Positions 50,501 to 63,600 of a stretch of 64,000 bases of DNA are shown piece after piece. The notes under the pieces are model-generated. The model saw nothing but the letters and a program-made list of their open reading frames with translations. It was not told where the DNA came from and ran no database searches. The number at the start of each line of letters is the position of its first letter. The stretch's first letter is position 1. The position numbers and the translations under genes were made by a program. Source of the stretch: Mobula hypostoma (Eukaryota); contig NC_086097.1 of NCBI RefSeq assembly GCF_963921235.1, positions 196,976,001 through 197,040,000 on the forward strand, in the 5' to 3' direction.

Positions 50501-51274
50501 TCACAAAAATCTTGACGTTTTAATAATATTGAATTAAATCTCCATCTATAAGCCACTTCTTCCTTATCAGCCATTATTATTGTCATTAATAAAGGAGAAT
50601 GATCTGATAATATTCTTGCTTTATATTCCATATTTTTCACTCTGTGTTGAATATGCATTGATAATAGAAAAAAAGGAATAAGTTTTATGTCTATGGGAAT
50701 AGAACGAATAGTCTCTTTCTTTAGGATTGATTCTTCTCCATATATCAATCAAATTTAAATCTTTCATCAATGATAAAGTTAGATTTACTACCTTCGATTT
50801 TATAACAGCCTTGGCTGATCTATCTAAGACTGGGTCTAAGCAAAAATTGAAGTCGCCTCCAATTAATATTTTTTCATGTGCATCCGCCAAATTCAAAAAA
50901 GTTTCTTGTATGAATTTTGCATCATTTTCATTTGGTGCATAAATATTCATAGAAGTCCATAGTTCAGAAAAAAGTTGACAATGTATAATCACATATCTCC
51001 CCGCAGAATCAGTTATTACATTTTGTATCCTAATTGGTAACGTTTTATTGATCAAAATTGCTACTCCCCTCGCTTTTGAATTAAATGAGGCCGCAACAAC
51101 ATTACCCACCCAATCTCTCTTTAGTTTCTGATGTTCTGTTTCTGTTAGGTGCGTTTCCTGTAAAAAAGCTAAATCTATCTTCATTTTTTTAATATATGTT
51201 AAGATTCTTTTTCTTTTCGCTGGTCCATTAAGCCCATTAACATTAAAACTCAAAAAAATCAATAAATTAGTCAA
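47507..51274 (-). pseudogene. L1 ORF2 (EN-RT-CCHC) split by two frameshifts
   Basis: Three consecutive ORFs 50621-51274, 48439-50748 and 47507-48427; shifts near 50680 and 48445; start codon is TTG. Confidence 0.9.
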
Positions 51275-51717
51275 AGTTACTCCAATCTAAAACATTACTT
51301 ATCTTCTCAACTCTCATAGTTCCTTGGGGAATCACTTTAAACTTCACCATGATGCTATGTGTTCCCCCCCCCCCAACCTTCCAGGCAAAAAGAAAAAAAA
51401 ATAGAAAAAAAAAGAAAAAACAAGATACCCCCCCACTAATGTTGTGAATGAAAAGATACACAACACTACCCCCCTCCATTTTATGGGTCGCGGCAAAAGC
51501 CACGCTTGCACACATGATTAACGTAGCAATCGATCAGTGCTTCTTCCAGCTCCCCCGCAACAAAAAAAGTTATATAAACAAAATTAGTATTATTATTCCC
51601 AGCTAATTTCCTCCAGTATTAACCTTTCTTACCCCCTCCATATAATTAATACTATATTTATACTTTCATCCAGCTTCAAAAATCCAACAAATCCATTCTT
51701 AAACCCAATCTTCATCT

Positions 51718-52821
51718 TCATTCTATCTCACTCTCCTGAGTTTGTTCTTGTATCTGGTGAATATTCAAAGAATCTTGCACAAACTGCTCTGCTTTCTGGT
51801 AGTCATCAAAAAATCTTTTTTCTCCACCAGACAAAAAAATCTTCAAAGTTGCAGGATAACGCAGTATAAATTGATAACCATGCTCCTATAAGGTTTTTTT
51901 CACTGGATTAAACTTCTTCCTTTTCTTCAAAAGTTCGTAACTTATATCAGGGTAGAAAAAAACTCTTTTCCCTTTAATTATCAATGGCCCTTTTCTATCT
52001 TTGGCAGCTCGAACAGCCGCCTGTAGAATCCTTTCCTTGTCTTGAAATCTTAAGAATTTTATTAAAATTGATCGTGGATATTGGTCATCTTTTGGTTTTG
52101 GTCTTAAAGCTCTATGTGCCCGCTCAATTTCAATTGAGCGAGCCTCCTCTCCCATTTGCAAAACCTCCGGGATCCATCTTTGAAAAAATTCTATTGGCTT
52201 TTCTCCTTCCATACCTTCTGTAAGACCAACAACTTTTATATTATTACGTCTACTGAAATTTTCCAACATGTCCACTTTCTCCAAGAGTCGGTTTCTTTCC
52301 GAGTTCCAGACAAGCAAATCATTTTCTGTTTTTTCCACTCTATCATTCATAAGCCCCATTCCTCTTTCCATCTTCTGAAGCTTCTTTTCCATTTTGTCCT
52401 GTCTTTCCATAACTTTATTATAGCATCTCTTCGTGTCTCTAAGCTCTTCTCTTACTTTCCTTAATTCAGCAGTTGATCGCAATACAGCCTCTCTTATGTC
52501 TCTATCATCTCCTTTACTTCCACTCGCTTCCAATTCTTCCTCCTCTTCTTCATCTGTGTTCTCTGCAGAATCCAGTTCTGACTCTGAGTCATTTTCAATT
52601 GCAGTGGGTGTCGGTTCTTGTAGTTTGCGCTGTGTCGATTTGCGCATGCACAATTCAGTTGTCTTCTTCGGAGCAACCTCTGCCACCGCCATTGCTCCCT
52701 GTTCTACCGAAGGAGATCCAACCTGAGTCCGAGGCTCCATCGTTGCAATAGGCCCTTTTTTCTTCCCATCTCGCGGCTGCTTCACAACAGCAGACTTCTT
52801 TTGTTGCGGTTTAGGAGGCAT
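51718..52821 (-). pseudogene. L1 ORF1 with a premature TAG at 51886-51888
   Basis: The frame continues past the stop as EHGYQFILRYPATLKIF...FFDDYQKAEQF to TGA at 51718-51720, resembling an L1 ORF1 C-terminal domain. Confidence 0.85.
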
Positions 52822-53476
52822 ACCGTAAAGTAGTCTTACAAAGTTTATAAATAGTTTTCAAAAAATATTTACCAACTTTGTTTTATTTAAACGGTACTTT
52901 ACTGATTTGTTGCGGGAGAGCTGAATTTACACGTCTCAATCCCACGTCATCACGTGATGCCCCCCCCCCCCATTTCATTGATTGATGTCAGTTTTGCTTT
53001 TTAAGCTGTTCACTATTTTTGTTTGCAAAGCAGACACCTCTGTTTTGGAGACCTATTAAATTAAAATAGGCCAACAGGTCATTGTGAAACGCACTTGTAC
53101 AATTTACTTATGTCTGTCCTATATTGAAAAGGAAACAAAAATACACCTTCTGCAGATTAACTTTGATAACAGGTATTTAAATGATTGCAGGTGCTGCTGC
53201 TCTGAGAATACCAACCCTATTAATCTTTTTAAGAAGCATACTAAAGTTAACCTTGGAAGAAAGAGTTAAAGACATGACTGTTGTAAACATTTTTCCCAAA
53301 TGTTGTTTCCCTTTTTTCTTACATTGGAGTAAATTATTATTTAAATTTATTGGAATGATTGAAATGGAAGAAACTGGTTTCCACTATGTGTGATTATTTG
53401 ATAGCAAATTAAGCCATTTCAGTGCCACTGGCATTTGCAGTGTTCGGACGTAGTCTAGTACCAGAAATTACAATTA

Positions 53477-54242
53477 CAGTGGATTCCTGTTAATTGGGCA
53501 GCTGCTTATTTGGGAGAATTCTTAAAGAACAAAAACGAATCGACAGAATAGCCAGGATTTCCTTTGTTTATTTGGGACACTATGCCTGGAGATTGTTGCC
53601 GAACAGATTTAAACTGTCCTCAGGAAGGGTCTCAGCTCAAGACATCAACTGTTTACTCTTTTCCATAGATGCTGCCTGGCCTGCTGAATTCGTCCAGTAT
53701 TTGGTGTATGTTGCTTTGGATTTCCTGCATCTGCAGATCACAGCACATGTTTTTGAGTTTTTAAATAGTGTCTGTTGCATGTGTTTGTTTTAAAAGATCA
53801 GTGATTTTTGTCACTTGTTACTTCAAGTTAGGAACTATGGAGAATTTGAAGGTATCAACAGTCATCTTGAATGTTACAATGAAAATGAAGATTTGGAGGG
53901 TGCAGTCGTCAATAGCATTCTATGAAGACAGTCTTATCTGAATTAGATTATCTGCGCTGATTTTGTTCACTTAGAGTTCGTCAAAAGTACAAGGCATTGT
54001 ACACTGAATGAATTCCTCTGTTAACATTTAGGAATTATCACAGTTTTATGGTAGTGTACTGGTAGTGCTGTAATTTGTTCTATATTTCATTTAAGTACGT
54101 ATTTGTTACTCATTTAAACATCAGTTTCTTTTGTTTTTATTCCTTTACAACTATTTTCATTATATTTTGACTAATTGTGCAGCTGCTTAATTGGGCCAAA
54201 ATGTACTGGTCTTGATGTGTCCCAATTTACTGGAATCCACTG
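53477..54242 (+). mobile_element. Tigger/TcMar-like MITE with a nested Penelope-derived fragment (~53613-53745)
   Basis: Terminal inverted repeats CAGTGGATTCCTGTTAATTGGG / CCCAATTTACTGGAATCCACTG; TA on both sides. Confidence 0.85.
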
Positions 54243-54861
54243 TATAATCATACTCTACTTGCCATCCACAGGCTGTTTCCTCTGCTGTAACTATTTGTCC
54301 ACTTTTCCTTTAAAGGTTATGCATTCATTGTGTCAAAGTTATGTGCTCTTTACTAAAAGTAACTACCAACATTTTGCCTCACTTATGACAGCAATTTTAG
54401 GTTGATGTTCGTTGTCAATAGTCAGAAGAAACATATTTCCTGTTAATCTGATTTAAAAACTCCTCAAAATTGTAAAAATCCTGAGTTGCAAAATTCTTTT
54501 TTCCAGTATGGAAGTATTCCATTGTCTTTGACTTTTTTCTCAAATGCATTCAGTCTCTTCAGTCTAAAATTGAGATTTTCTGTTAAGTAATGCTGCATTC
54601 ACTGCAATAACGCTGCTTAATATTTTTAAGAAATATGTCATTGGATGCAAGTTGCTTTGGACAGTGGAAATGGTTGCAGAGGCTCTTGGGGCAGAATTCT
54701 TCTCTAGACAGTCAAAGTGGTAGTTTGTATTGGCAGTTTTTATTTCAGAACTTGGTTTTAAATTTCTCTTAACAGAAATCTTTGAAGGGGAAAGTATATT
54801 AACGTATCACTGTTTAGTTTTGCAACTGTATGTAAAAAATTTGTTGTGCAATTGTCCTCAG

Positions 54862-54987
54862 GATGTCAAGTTTCCTTTAATGCTGGATGTATACGAATTG
54901 TGCGTACCAGAGCTACAAGAAAAAATGGTTCCATATAGATTAAAATTCAAGGAACAAGAAGACCGAAAGGCTGATATGCAAACAAAG
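54862..54987 (+). CDS. USP14: USP14 exon 13
   Basis: cctcag|DVKFPLMLDVYELCVPELQEKMVPYRLKFKEQEDRKADMQTK|gtattt; 126 nt. Confidence 0.96.
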
Positions 54988-55690
54988 GTATTTTAATTCT
55001 CTTCTTGTAATGCTCTTGGTCAACATTGAGCAACTTTAGAATGGAACATGCCCATACTTTTTACTTTCTATATCAATCAGTGGCTACTCTAATAATCTGA
55101 AAAATATGATCTTGAGATCGATGATTTTTTTCAATGCTATCACCATGCCTTGCTGAATAGATTTCTTAGCAAACCTACTTAGTAATAGTACTTTTACTCA
55201 GAGAAGATGTTCTGTGCCTTATTCTGGGCAAAATTTGTTCCTGAAAGGAAATCCGCTGTATGATTATACATTACTTCTGTAATCCACTATATTGCTTTGA
55301 TTCTTGTCTCTTTTACCATTTGATATTAAGAAGGAAATTAATCATGTGTTCTTCATTCTGAAGAGCTAGTACATTAGGACAATTTGAATTATAAGATTTC
55401 ATATGGAGGACAAATTAGAATGTTGCTTTATTAAGTCAGTTTGAACTCTAACAAATTGGTAATACTGGTTTATGGGGGATTGACCATGAATATTTTAGCA
55501 TAAATTATTAAAACTTATTGTTCTTCAAGCACAAATTATATCAACCTGATGGTGAACTTTGGAATACATCAAACAATATTTTACTTAACTCGTAACAAAT
55601 CAGCAACACATATTTTATTTACTTAAAGAATAATTCATAATCACTGAAGTTGATTTCATGCTTTCGTTACCTGTTCCTTTGTATTGTTAG

Positions 55691-55757
55691 ATTGGAAGTA
55701 AAAATGGAAGTGGAGAGCCAAAAGAAGACAAATATGAGCCATTTTATTTTCCTAATG
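55691..55757 (+). CDS. USP14: USP14 exon 14 (gene continues beyond window)
   Basis: gttag|IGSKNGSGEPKEDKYEPFYFPN(D)|gtaagt; 67 nt; resembles KEVKYEPFSFAD of vertebrate USP14. Confidence 0.9.
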
Positions 55758-56849
55758 GTAAGTGGGTAATTTGTATTTTGTTACTTTGTTTTAAACGTGA
55801 GGCTTTTCCATCGTCTGCTGGTGAGTGTCATGTAAAGTGATTGATAATTACTGAGGTTGAAAGCATTTTTTTCCAACATGTTGTAGCTGCAGTGTAATGA
55901 AGCAAAAGATGTGCAGCAGCAACTTGCTAAAGGTCTTTGAGGGAAAATCCCAAACCCTCACTTTCTGTTGTAGTGATGAGCAGGAGATGACCATGACCAC
56001 AACCAGTTGCAATGACAGCAAAGTTGTGTATCAAAATAAGTAATAGCTTATCCATAATGAAATGCGAGATTCAGGATCTGATGCACATGTAAATCCTTTT
56101 AACCAAATATGTATGCATCATTTACTCTGACAAGTATGACCTATAAATCTGTGCCAGTGGCATGAAAATTGTATTTGCCAGTCTCTATAAAAATTGTTCA
56201 GGCCACCTTCAGTAAGCAACATGCATCTAGGGTCAGTATGATTCGGGTCAACCAAAGAGGAAAACTGGAATGTTCCAGTGATGAAACAATTATGGTGAAT
56301 GCTGTGTAAGTACTGTCCCATGCAAAGTTATCATTTGCCAAGAAATAACAGACATTACACCAGCATAAAATTAAAGTGGAAGCATAATTACATATATATT
56401 TCATCTTTAACAAGCGGTTAATAGAAAAAGAAAAGAGAAAGGGCTTATTACAGTTGAATCAGTCTAGATGTGCACATAAACATTGGAGCTAGTTTCTGAG
56501 GTAGTTAGGTGAATTGCTTTATTCAGAACACCCACCCCATGCTGACACAACATTCCTAAGCTGAGCAAATGGCTCCTTAACAGAAACCACAATACTAGTC
56601 TATAAAGTTTAATTAACATAGCACACTGCACTTTGCAGAAAAGCTGCTGAAATAAAATACCTAACAGTGGAGCAGGAGGAATACAATAAAACATGTTCTT
56701 TTGCAGGGCATTACACAAGTTTTAGTGTCAGACTCAGTAATGAGAGTGCTGAACCTCAGAGGACGCAGGTTTCCTTCTTATGCAACTTGTTATCTATCAT
56801 GTTTGTGGCAAGTGAATGGAATTTTAATTGCCTTATTGTTTTAGCAGGT

Positions 56850-57518
56850 TTTTTAGATTAGATTGAGGACGCGCAGACCTCTTTTATTGTCATTTAGTAA
56901 TGCATGCATTAAGAAATGATACAATGTTCCTCCAGAATGATATCACAGTAACACAGGACAAACCAAGACTTAAAAAACTGACAAAAACCACATAATTATA
57001 ACTTATAGTTACAACAGTGCAAGGCAATACCGTAATTTGATGAAGAACAGACCATGGGCACGGTAAAAAAAAGTCTCAAAGTCACTCGGAAGTCCCATCA
57101 TCTCACGCAGACGGTAGAAGGAAGAGAAAGTGTCTTCCTGCCATGAACTCACAGTGCTGCAAACTTGCCGATGCAGCACCCTGGAAGCACCCAACCACAG
57201 CCGACTCTTGAGTCTGTCCAAAACCTTCGAGCCTCCGACCAGCCCTCCAACACCGAGCACCATCTCTGCCGAGCACTTCGACCCCACCCCCGGCAGCAGG
57301 CAATGGGCAAAGCCGAGGATTTGGGGCCTTCCCCTCTGGAGATTCTCGATCGCACAGTAGCAACGGCAGCGAAGCAGGCATTTCAGAAGTTTCTCCAGGT
57401 GTTCCTCCGTGCTTCTCGCGTCTGTCTCCATCAAATCAGGATTGTGTACTTACAAATAAGATATCATTTGGGAGCGGCCGCGCGCTCTGCGTCGCGCCGC
57501 CATCTTCTGCTCCCCTCC
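56850..57518 (-). mobile_element. Probable non-autonomous retroelement (LINE 5' end joined to LINE 3' end)
   Basis: The - strand starts GGAGGGGAGCAGAAGATGGCGGCGCG (YY1-like), has a CpG-rich body and ends AATAAAA...AATCTAATCTAAAA. No convincing ORF or TSD. Confidence 0.6.
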
Positions 57519-57865
57519 TTGATGAGGTTGGCAAACTGTTGCTTTAAACAACATGTAAAACATATTGAATTGTGGATCATTCTGACTTATTTTGCTTCTT
57601 TCTACCCCTTATAATTTAGTATTTTCAATTGCTGCTCATAGTCCTGTGCCACCTTCATTGCTATTTGTGGGACTTCGTAATGTGAAGATGACATTTTCTT
57701 AGAGTCTATGGTTCTAGGGTCCTGAAAATTGCATGTTCTGCTTGAAATGTAACAGAATTTGGCAATATTTCTTAGTGTCCAGTACTGAAATTTTTAAGAA
57801 TATCCATCCAGTGGTATCAAAATAAATTGACTACCACTGCCATTGAATGGTCCTTTGCCTTTTAA

Positions 57866-58280
57866 TATAGAACATAGAGCAGTACACCACAGGAGCAAGC
57901 TCTTCAGCCCACAGTGTTGTGCCAAACTAACTAAACAAATCTCTTCGGCACACACAATGCCCATATCCTTCTATTTTCTTCACATTTATGTGCCTATTTA
58001 AAAGTCCTTTAAAAACCTCTAATATTTCTGCCTCAACTCCACCGCAGGCAGCACATTCCAGCCACCCACCATTCTTTGTGTTTATATAAGAGAAAATTAT
58101 CCCACATATTTCCTTTGAACCTTTTCACCTTAAATGCATGTCCTTTGGTATTAGATATCTCAACCCTTGGGAGAAGATATTATCTATCTACTCTTATAAT
58201 CTCATAATCTTACAAACCTCTGTCAGATCGCCTTCAGCCTGCACCATTCCAGAGAAAGCAATTCAGGTTTGTCCAACATC
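57866..58280 (-). mobile_element. Degraded CR1 3' fragment
   Basis: atagaacatagagcagtacaccacagg tail orientation; colinear with other CR1 3' ends. Confidence 0.75.
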
Positions 58281-58284
58281 TCCA

Positions 58285-59464
58285 ACACCTTTGAAGATGT
58301 AACAAAACATGTAGATGAAGGTAGAGCAGTGGATGTATGGATTTCAGTAAGGCATTTGATAAGGTTCCCCATGCCAGGCTCTTCCAGAAAATAGGCATGG
58401 GATTAAAGGAGACCTCACTTTGTGGATCCAGAATTGCCTTGTCCACGGAAGGCAAAGGATGGTTGTAGATGGTTTGTATTCTGCGTGGAGGTCGGTGACC
58501 AGTGGTATTCCGCAGGGATCTGTTCTGAGACCCCTCCTCTTGGTGATTTTTATCACTGACCTGGATGAAGAAGAAGGAGGGTAGGTTAGTAAGTTTGCTG
58601 ATGACACAAAGGTTGGGGGTGTTGTAGATAGTCTGCATGGTTATCAGAGGTTACAGCGGGACATTGGTAGGATGTAGAACTGGGCTGAGAAGTGGCAGAT
58701 GGACTTCAATCCGGATAAGTGCGAAGTGGTTCATTTTGGGAGGTCAAATTTGAAGACAGAATATTGTATGAATGGTAAGACTCTTGGCAGTGTGGAGGAT
58801 CAGAGAGATCTTGGGGTCTGTGTCCACAGGACACTCAAAGCTGCTGCACGGGTTGACAGTGTGTTAAGGCATATGGTGTGTTGGCATTCATTAATCATGG
58901 AATTGAGTTCAAGAATTATGAGGTAATGTTACAGCTATATAAGACTTTGGTCAGACCCCACTTGGAGAACTGTGTTCAGTTCTGGTCACCTCACTACAGG
59001 AAGGATGTGGATACTACAGAGAGAGTGCAGAAGAGAATTACAAGGATATTGCCTAGATCGGAGAGCGTGCCTTATGGAACAGGTTGAGTGAACTTGGCTT
59101 TTTCTCCTTGAAGCGACGGAAGTTGAGAGGTATAAGATGATGTGAGGCATTGATCATGTGAATAGCCAGAAGCTTTTTCCCAAGGCTGAAATGGCTAACA
59201 CAAGGAGGTTTTAAGGTGCTTGGAAGTACGGAGGGGATGTCTGGAGTAAGTTTTCCTCACAGAGTCGTGGGTGCGTAGAATCTACTGCCAGTGATGGTGC
59301 CAGAGGCAGTTACAATAGTCTTTTATGAGACTCATAGACAGGTACATGGAACTGGAAAAAATAGAGGGCTATGCGGTAGGGTAATTCCAGGCAGTTTCTA
59401 GAGTAGGTTACATGGTCAGCACAACATTGTGGGCCGAAGGGACTGTAATGTGCTGTATGTTCTA
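58285..59464 (+). mobile_element. CR1 RT/3' fragment
   Basis: MDFNPDKCEVVHFG, LYKTLVRPHLENCVQFWSP; tail tgtatgttcta. Confidence 0.88.
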
Positions 59465-60612
59465 TCAAAAGGCAAGTAAATAAAATAAGGGAAAAGATGA
59501 AATATGAGCGCAAACTAGCCAATAATATAAAGCAAGAAATCAAAAGTTGTCTCAGTTTATGTAAAGAGTAAAAGGGAACTGAAAGTTGATAATGGACCAC
59601 TGGAAAATGATGCTGGTGAAACGGGGAAAAAAATGGCGGATGAACTCAATGAGTACTTTGCTCATTAGGTTAACTTACTGAGTCTTCAATGCAGAAGACA
59701 CTAGCAGTGTGTCAGAGATCCATGAGTGTCAGGGAGCCGGTGTGAGTGCCATTGCTATGACAAAGGAAAAAGTGCTAGGCAAACTCAAAAGGTCTTAAGA
59801 TGGATGAGTCACCTGGAGCAGATGGACTACATCCCAAAGTCCTGAGAGAGGTTGCTGCAGAGAATAATGGATGCATTGGTCATGATCTTTCAAGAAGCGC
59901 TTGATTCTGGCATTGTCCTGGAAGACTAGAAGATTGCAAATGTCACTCCACTGTTGAAGAAAGGAACTTATAAGATGAGGTTTCGGGGTACTTGGAGGCT
60001 AATGATAAAATAAGTCAAAGTCAGCATGGTTTCTGTAAAGAGAGATCTTGCTTGACAAATCTGTTAGAGTTCTTCGATGAAGTAACAAGCAAAGTGGACA
60101 AAGGAGAGGCAGTGGATGCCATTTACTTGGATTTTCAGAAGGCATTTGATAAGGTGCCACATCTGAGGCTGCTAAACAAGATAAAACTTTATGGTGTTAC
60201 AAGAAAGATACTGGCATGGATAACAGAATGGCTGACAGGCAGGAGGCAGCGAGTGGGAATAAAGGGGAGCCTTTTCTGTTTGGCTGCCAGTGACTAGTGG
60301 TGTTCCTCAGGGGTCATTATTGGGACCGCAACTTTTCACATAGTTTGTCAATGATTGGATAACAGAATTGATGGCTTTGTGATGATACAAAGATAGGTGG
60401 AGGGGTATGTAGTGCTGAGAAAGCAATGTGATTGCAACAGGACTTAGACATATTGGAAGAATGGGCAAAAAAAGGGGCAAATGCAATACAGTGTTGGGAA
60501 ATTTACGATAATGCACGTTGGTAAAAGGAACAATAGTGTGAAATATTAACTAAGCGGGGAGATAGTTCAAACATAAGAGGTGCAGAGGAATTTAAGAGTC
60601 TTCGTGCAAGAC
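59465..60612 (+). mobile_element. CR1 ORF2 fragment (other subfamily)
   Basis: QHGFCKERSCLTNLLEFF...[13 protein letters not shown]. Confidence 0.85.
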
Positions 60613-63600
60613 TGGCCTCGAGCACAAGAAGGGCGAGACTGCGCAGGAGCATGATGTAGACAGGACAGTGCACAGAGTTTAAAAAGGAAGGGGACTTCCA
60701 ACGGCTGTCTTTTGGATCGGGACAAGCAGAGCGGCGTGGGAGCTGAATTCGGAAGGAAGGCAGTTTTTAAAAAAAACTTCAAGTGCAAGAAGGACAAGAC
60801 TGTGCAGGCGTGTGACGAAGACAGGATAGCGCGGAGAGTCTAAGAAGGATCGGGTCCAGAATATTCTGAAGGGAGAGGGTGAGCAGCCAACTGTCTTGGT
60901 ACATGTTGGTACCAATGCCATAGATAAGAAAAGGGAGGAGGTCCTGAAGAGAGATTTCCGGGAGTTAGGAAGGAAGCTGAAAAGCAGGACCTCCAGGGTA
61001 GTAATCTCAGGATTGCTACCTGTGCCACGTGCTAGCGAGGGCAAGAATAGTAGGATCAGGCAGATGAATGCGTGGCTGAGAGACTGGTGCAGGGGGCAGG
61101 GCTTCAGATTCTTGGATCATTGGGATCTCTTTTGGGGGAAATATGACCTGTTCAAAAAGGACGGGTTACACCTGAACCCCAAGGGGACCAATATCCTGGC
61201 GGGAAGTCAGGAACAGGAAGGGAGCAGTTACTCTACTGGGGGTATTCTGTAGGCTCCCTGGTAGCAGCAGAGATACAGAGGAGCAGATTGGGAGGCAGAT
61301 TTTGGAAAGGTGCAAAAATAACAGGGTTGTTATCATGGGTGACTTTAACTTCCCTAATATTGATTGGCACCTGATTAGTTCAAAGGGTTTAGATGGGGCA
61401 GAGTTTGTTAAGTGTGCCCAGGACGGATTCCTGTCACAGTATGTGGACAGGCCGACCAGGGGGTATGCCATACTAGATCTAGTACTAGGTAATGAACCGG
61501 GTCAGGTCACAGATCTCTCAGTGGGTGAGCTTCTGGGGGACAGTGACCACTGCTCCCTGTCCTTTAGCATTATCATGGAAAAGGATAGAATCAGGACAGG
61601 AAAATTTTTAATTGGGGAAAGGCAAATTATGAGGCTATATGGCTAGAACTTGCGGGTGTGAATTGGGATGATGTTTTTGCAGGGAGATGTACTATGGACA
61701 TGTGGTCAATGTTTAGAGATCTCTTGCAGGATGTGAGGGATAAATTTGTCCCGGTAAGGAAGATAAAGAATGGTAGGGTGAAGTGAGGTGGAAAATCTAG
61801 TCAGGTGGAAGAAGGCAGCATACATGAGGTTTAGGAAGCAAGGATCAGATGGGTCTATTGAGGAATATAGGGAAGCAAGAAAGCTTAAAAGGGGCTGCGA
61901 AGAGCAAGAAGGGGGCATGAGAAGGCCTTGGTAAGTAGGGTAAAGGAAAACCCCAAAGCATTCTTCAATTATGTGAAGAAAAAAAAGATGACAGGAGTGA
62001 AGATAGGACCAATTAGAGATAAAGGTGGGAAGATGTGCCTGGAGGCTGTGGAAGTGAGCGAGGTCCTCAATGAATACTTCTCTTCGGTATTCACCAATGA
62101 GAGGGAACTGATGATGGTGAGGACAATATGAGTGAAGTTGATGTTCTGGAGCATGTTGATATCAAGGGAGAGGAGGTGTTGGAGTTGTTAAAATACATTA
62201 GGACGGATAAGTCCCCGGGGCCTGATGGAATATTCCTCAGGCTGCTCCACAAGGCGAGGCAAGAGATTGCTGAGCCTTTGGCTAGGATCTTTTTGTCCTT
62301 GTTGTCCACGGGAATGGTACCAGAGGATTGGAGGGAGGCGAATGTTGTCCCCTTGTTCAAAAAAGGTAGGGATAGTCCGGGTAATTATAGACCAGTGAGC
62401 CTTACGTCTGTGGTGGGAAAGCTGTTGGAAAAGATTCTTAGAGATAGGATCTCTGGGCATTTAGAGAATCATGGTCTGATCAGGGACAGTCAGCATGGCT
62501 TTGTGAAGGGCAGATCATGTCTAACAAGCCTGATAGAGTTCTTTGAGGAGGTGACCAGTCATGTAGATGAGGGTAGTGCAGTGGATGTGGTCTGTATGGA
62601 TTTTAGTAAGGCATTTGACAGTGTTCCTCACGGTCGGCTTATTCAGAAAGTCAGAAGGCATGGGATCCAGGGAAGTTTGGCCAGGTGGATTCAGAATTGG
62701 CTTGCCTGCAGAAGGCAGAGGGTCGTGGTGGAGGGAGTACATTCAGATTGGAGGATTTTGACTAGTGGTGTCCCACAAGAATCTGTTCTGGGACCACTAC
62801 TTTTCGTGATTTTTATTAGCGACCTGGATGTTGGGGTAGAAGGGTGGGTTGGCAAGTTTGCAGACGACACAAAGGTTGGTGGTGTTGTAGATGGTGTTGT
62901 ACATAGTGTCGAGGATTGTCAAAGATTGCAGAGAGACATTGATAGGATGCAGAAGTGGGCTGAGAAGTGGCAGATGGAGTTCAACCCGGAGAAGTGTGAG
63001 GTGGTACACTTTGGAAGGACAAACTCCAAGGCAGAGTACAAAGTAAATGGCAGGATACTTGGTGGTGTGAAGGAGCAGAGGGATCTGGGGGTACATGTCC
63101 ACAGATCCCTGAAAGTTGCCTCACAGGTGGATAGGGTAGTTAAGAAAGCTTATGGGGTGTTAGCTTTCATAAGTCGAGGGATAGAGTTTAAGAATCGCGA
63201 TGTAATGATGCAGCTCTATAAAACTCTGGTTAGGCCACACTTGGAGTACTGTGTCCAGTTCTGGTTGCCTCACTATAGGAAGGATGTGGAAGTATTGGAA
63301 AGGGTACAGAGGAGATTTACCAGAATTGCTGCTTGGTTTAGAGAGTATGCATTATGATCAGAGATTAAGGGAGCTTGGGCTTTACTCTTTGGAGAGAAGG
63401 AGGATGAGCGGAGACATGATAGAGGTGTACAAGATAATAAGAGGAATAGATAGAGTGGATAGCCAGTGCCTCTTCCCCAGGGCACCACTGCTCAATACAA
63501 GAGGACATGGCTTTAAGGTAAGGGGTGGGAAGTTCAAGGGGGATATTAGAGGAAGGTTTTTTACTCAGAGAGTGGTTGGTGCGTGGAATGCACTGCCTGG

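Larger units (their letters stand above)
47250..52967 (-). mobile_element. Full-length L1-clade LINE (~5.7 kb) with inactivating lesions
   Basis: TSD CCCCATTTCATTGATT at 47234-47249 and 52968-52983; ORF1 (SRRNNIKVVGL, IERAHR); ORF2 EN (SFNVNG, LQETH, GGDFN, SDH), RT (YRPISLLN, LDAEKAFD, RQGCPLSP, FADD) and C-terminal CFRC...H...C; AATAAA and A-rich tail. Confidence 0.96.

Noticed and set aside
57009..57614. Overlapping 141- and 149-aa ORFs
   Set aside because: They arise from the GC-rich repeat, with no domain motifs or splice-consistent exon.
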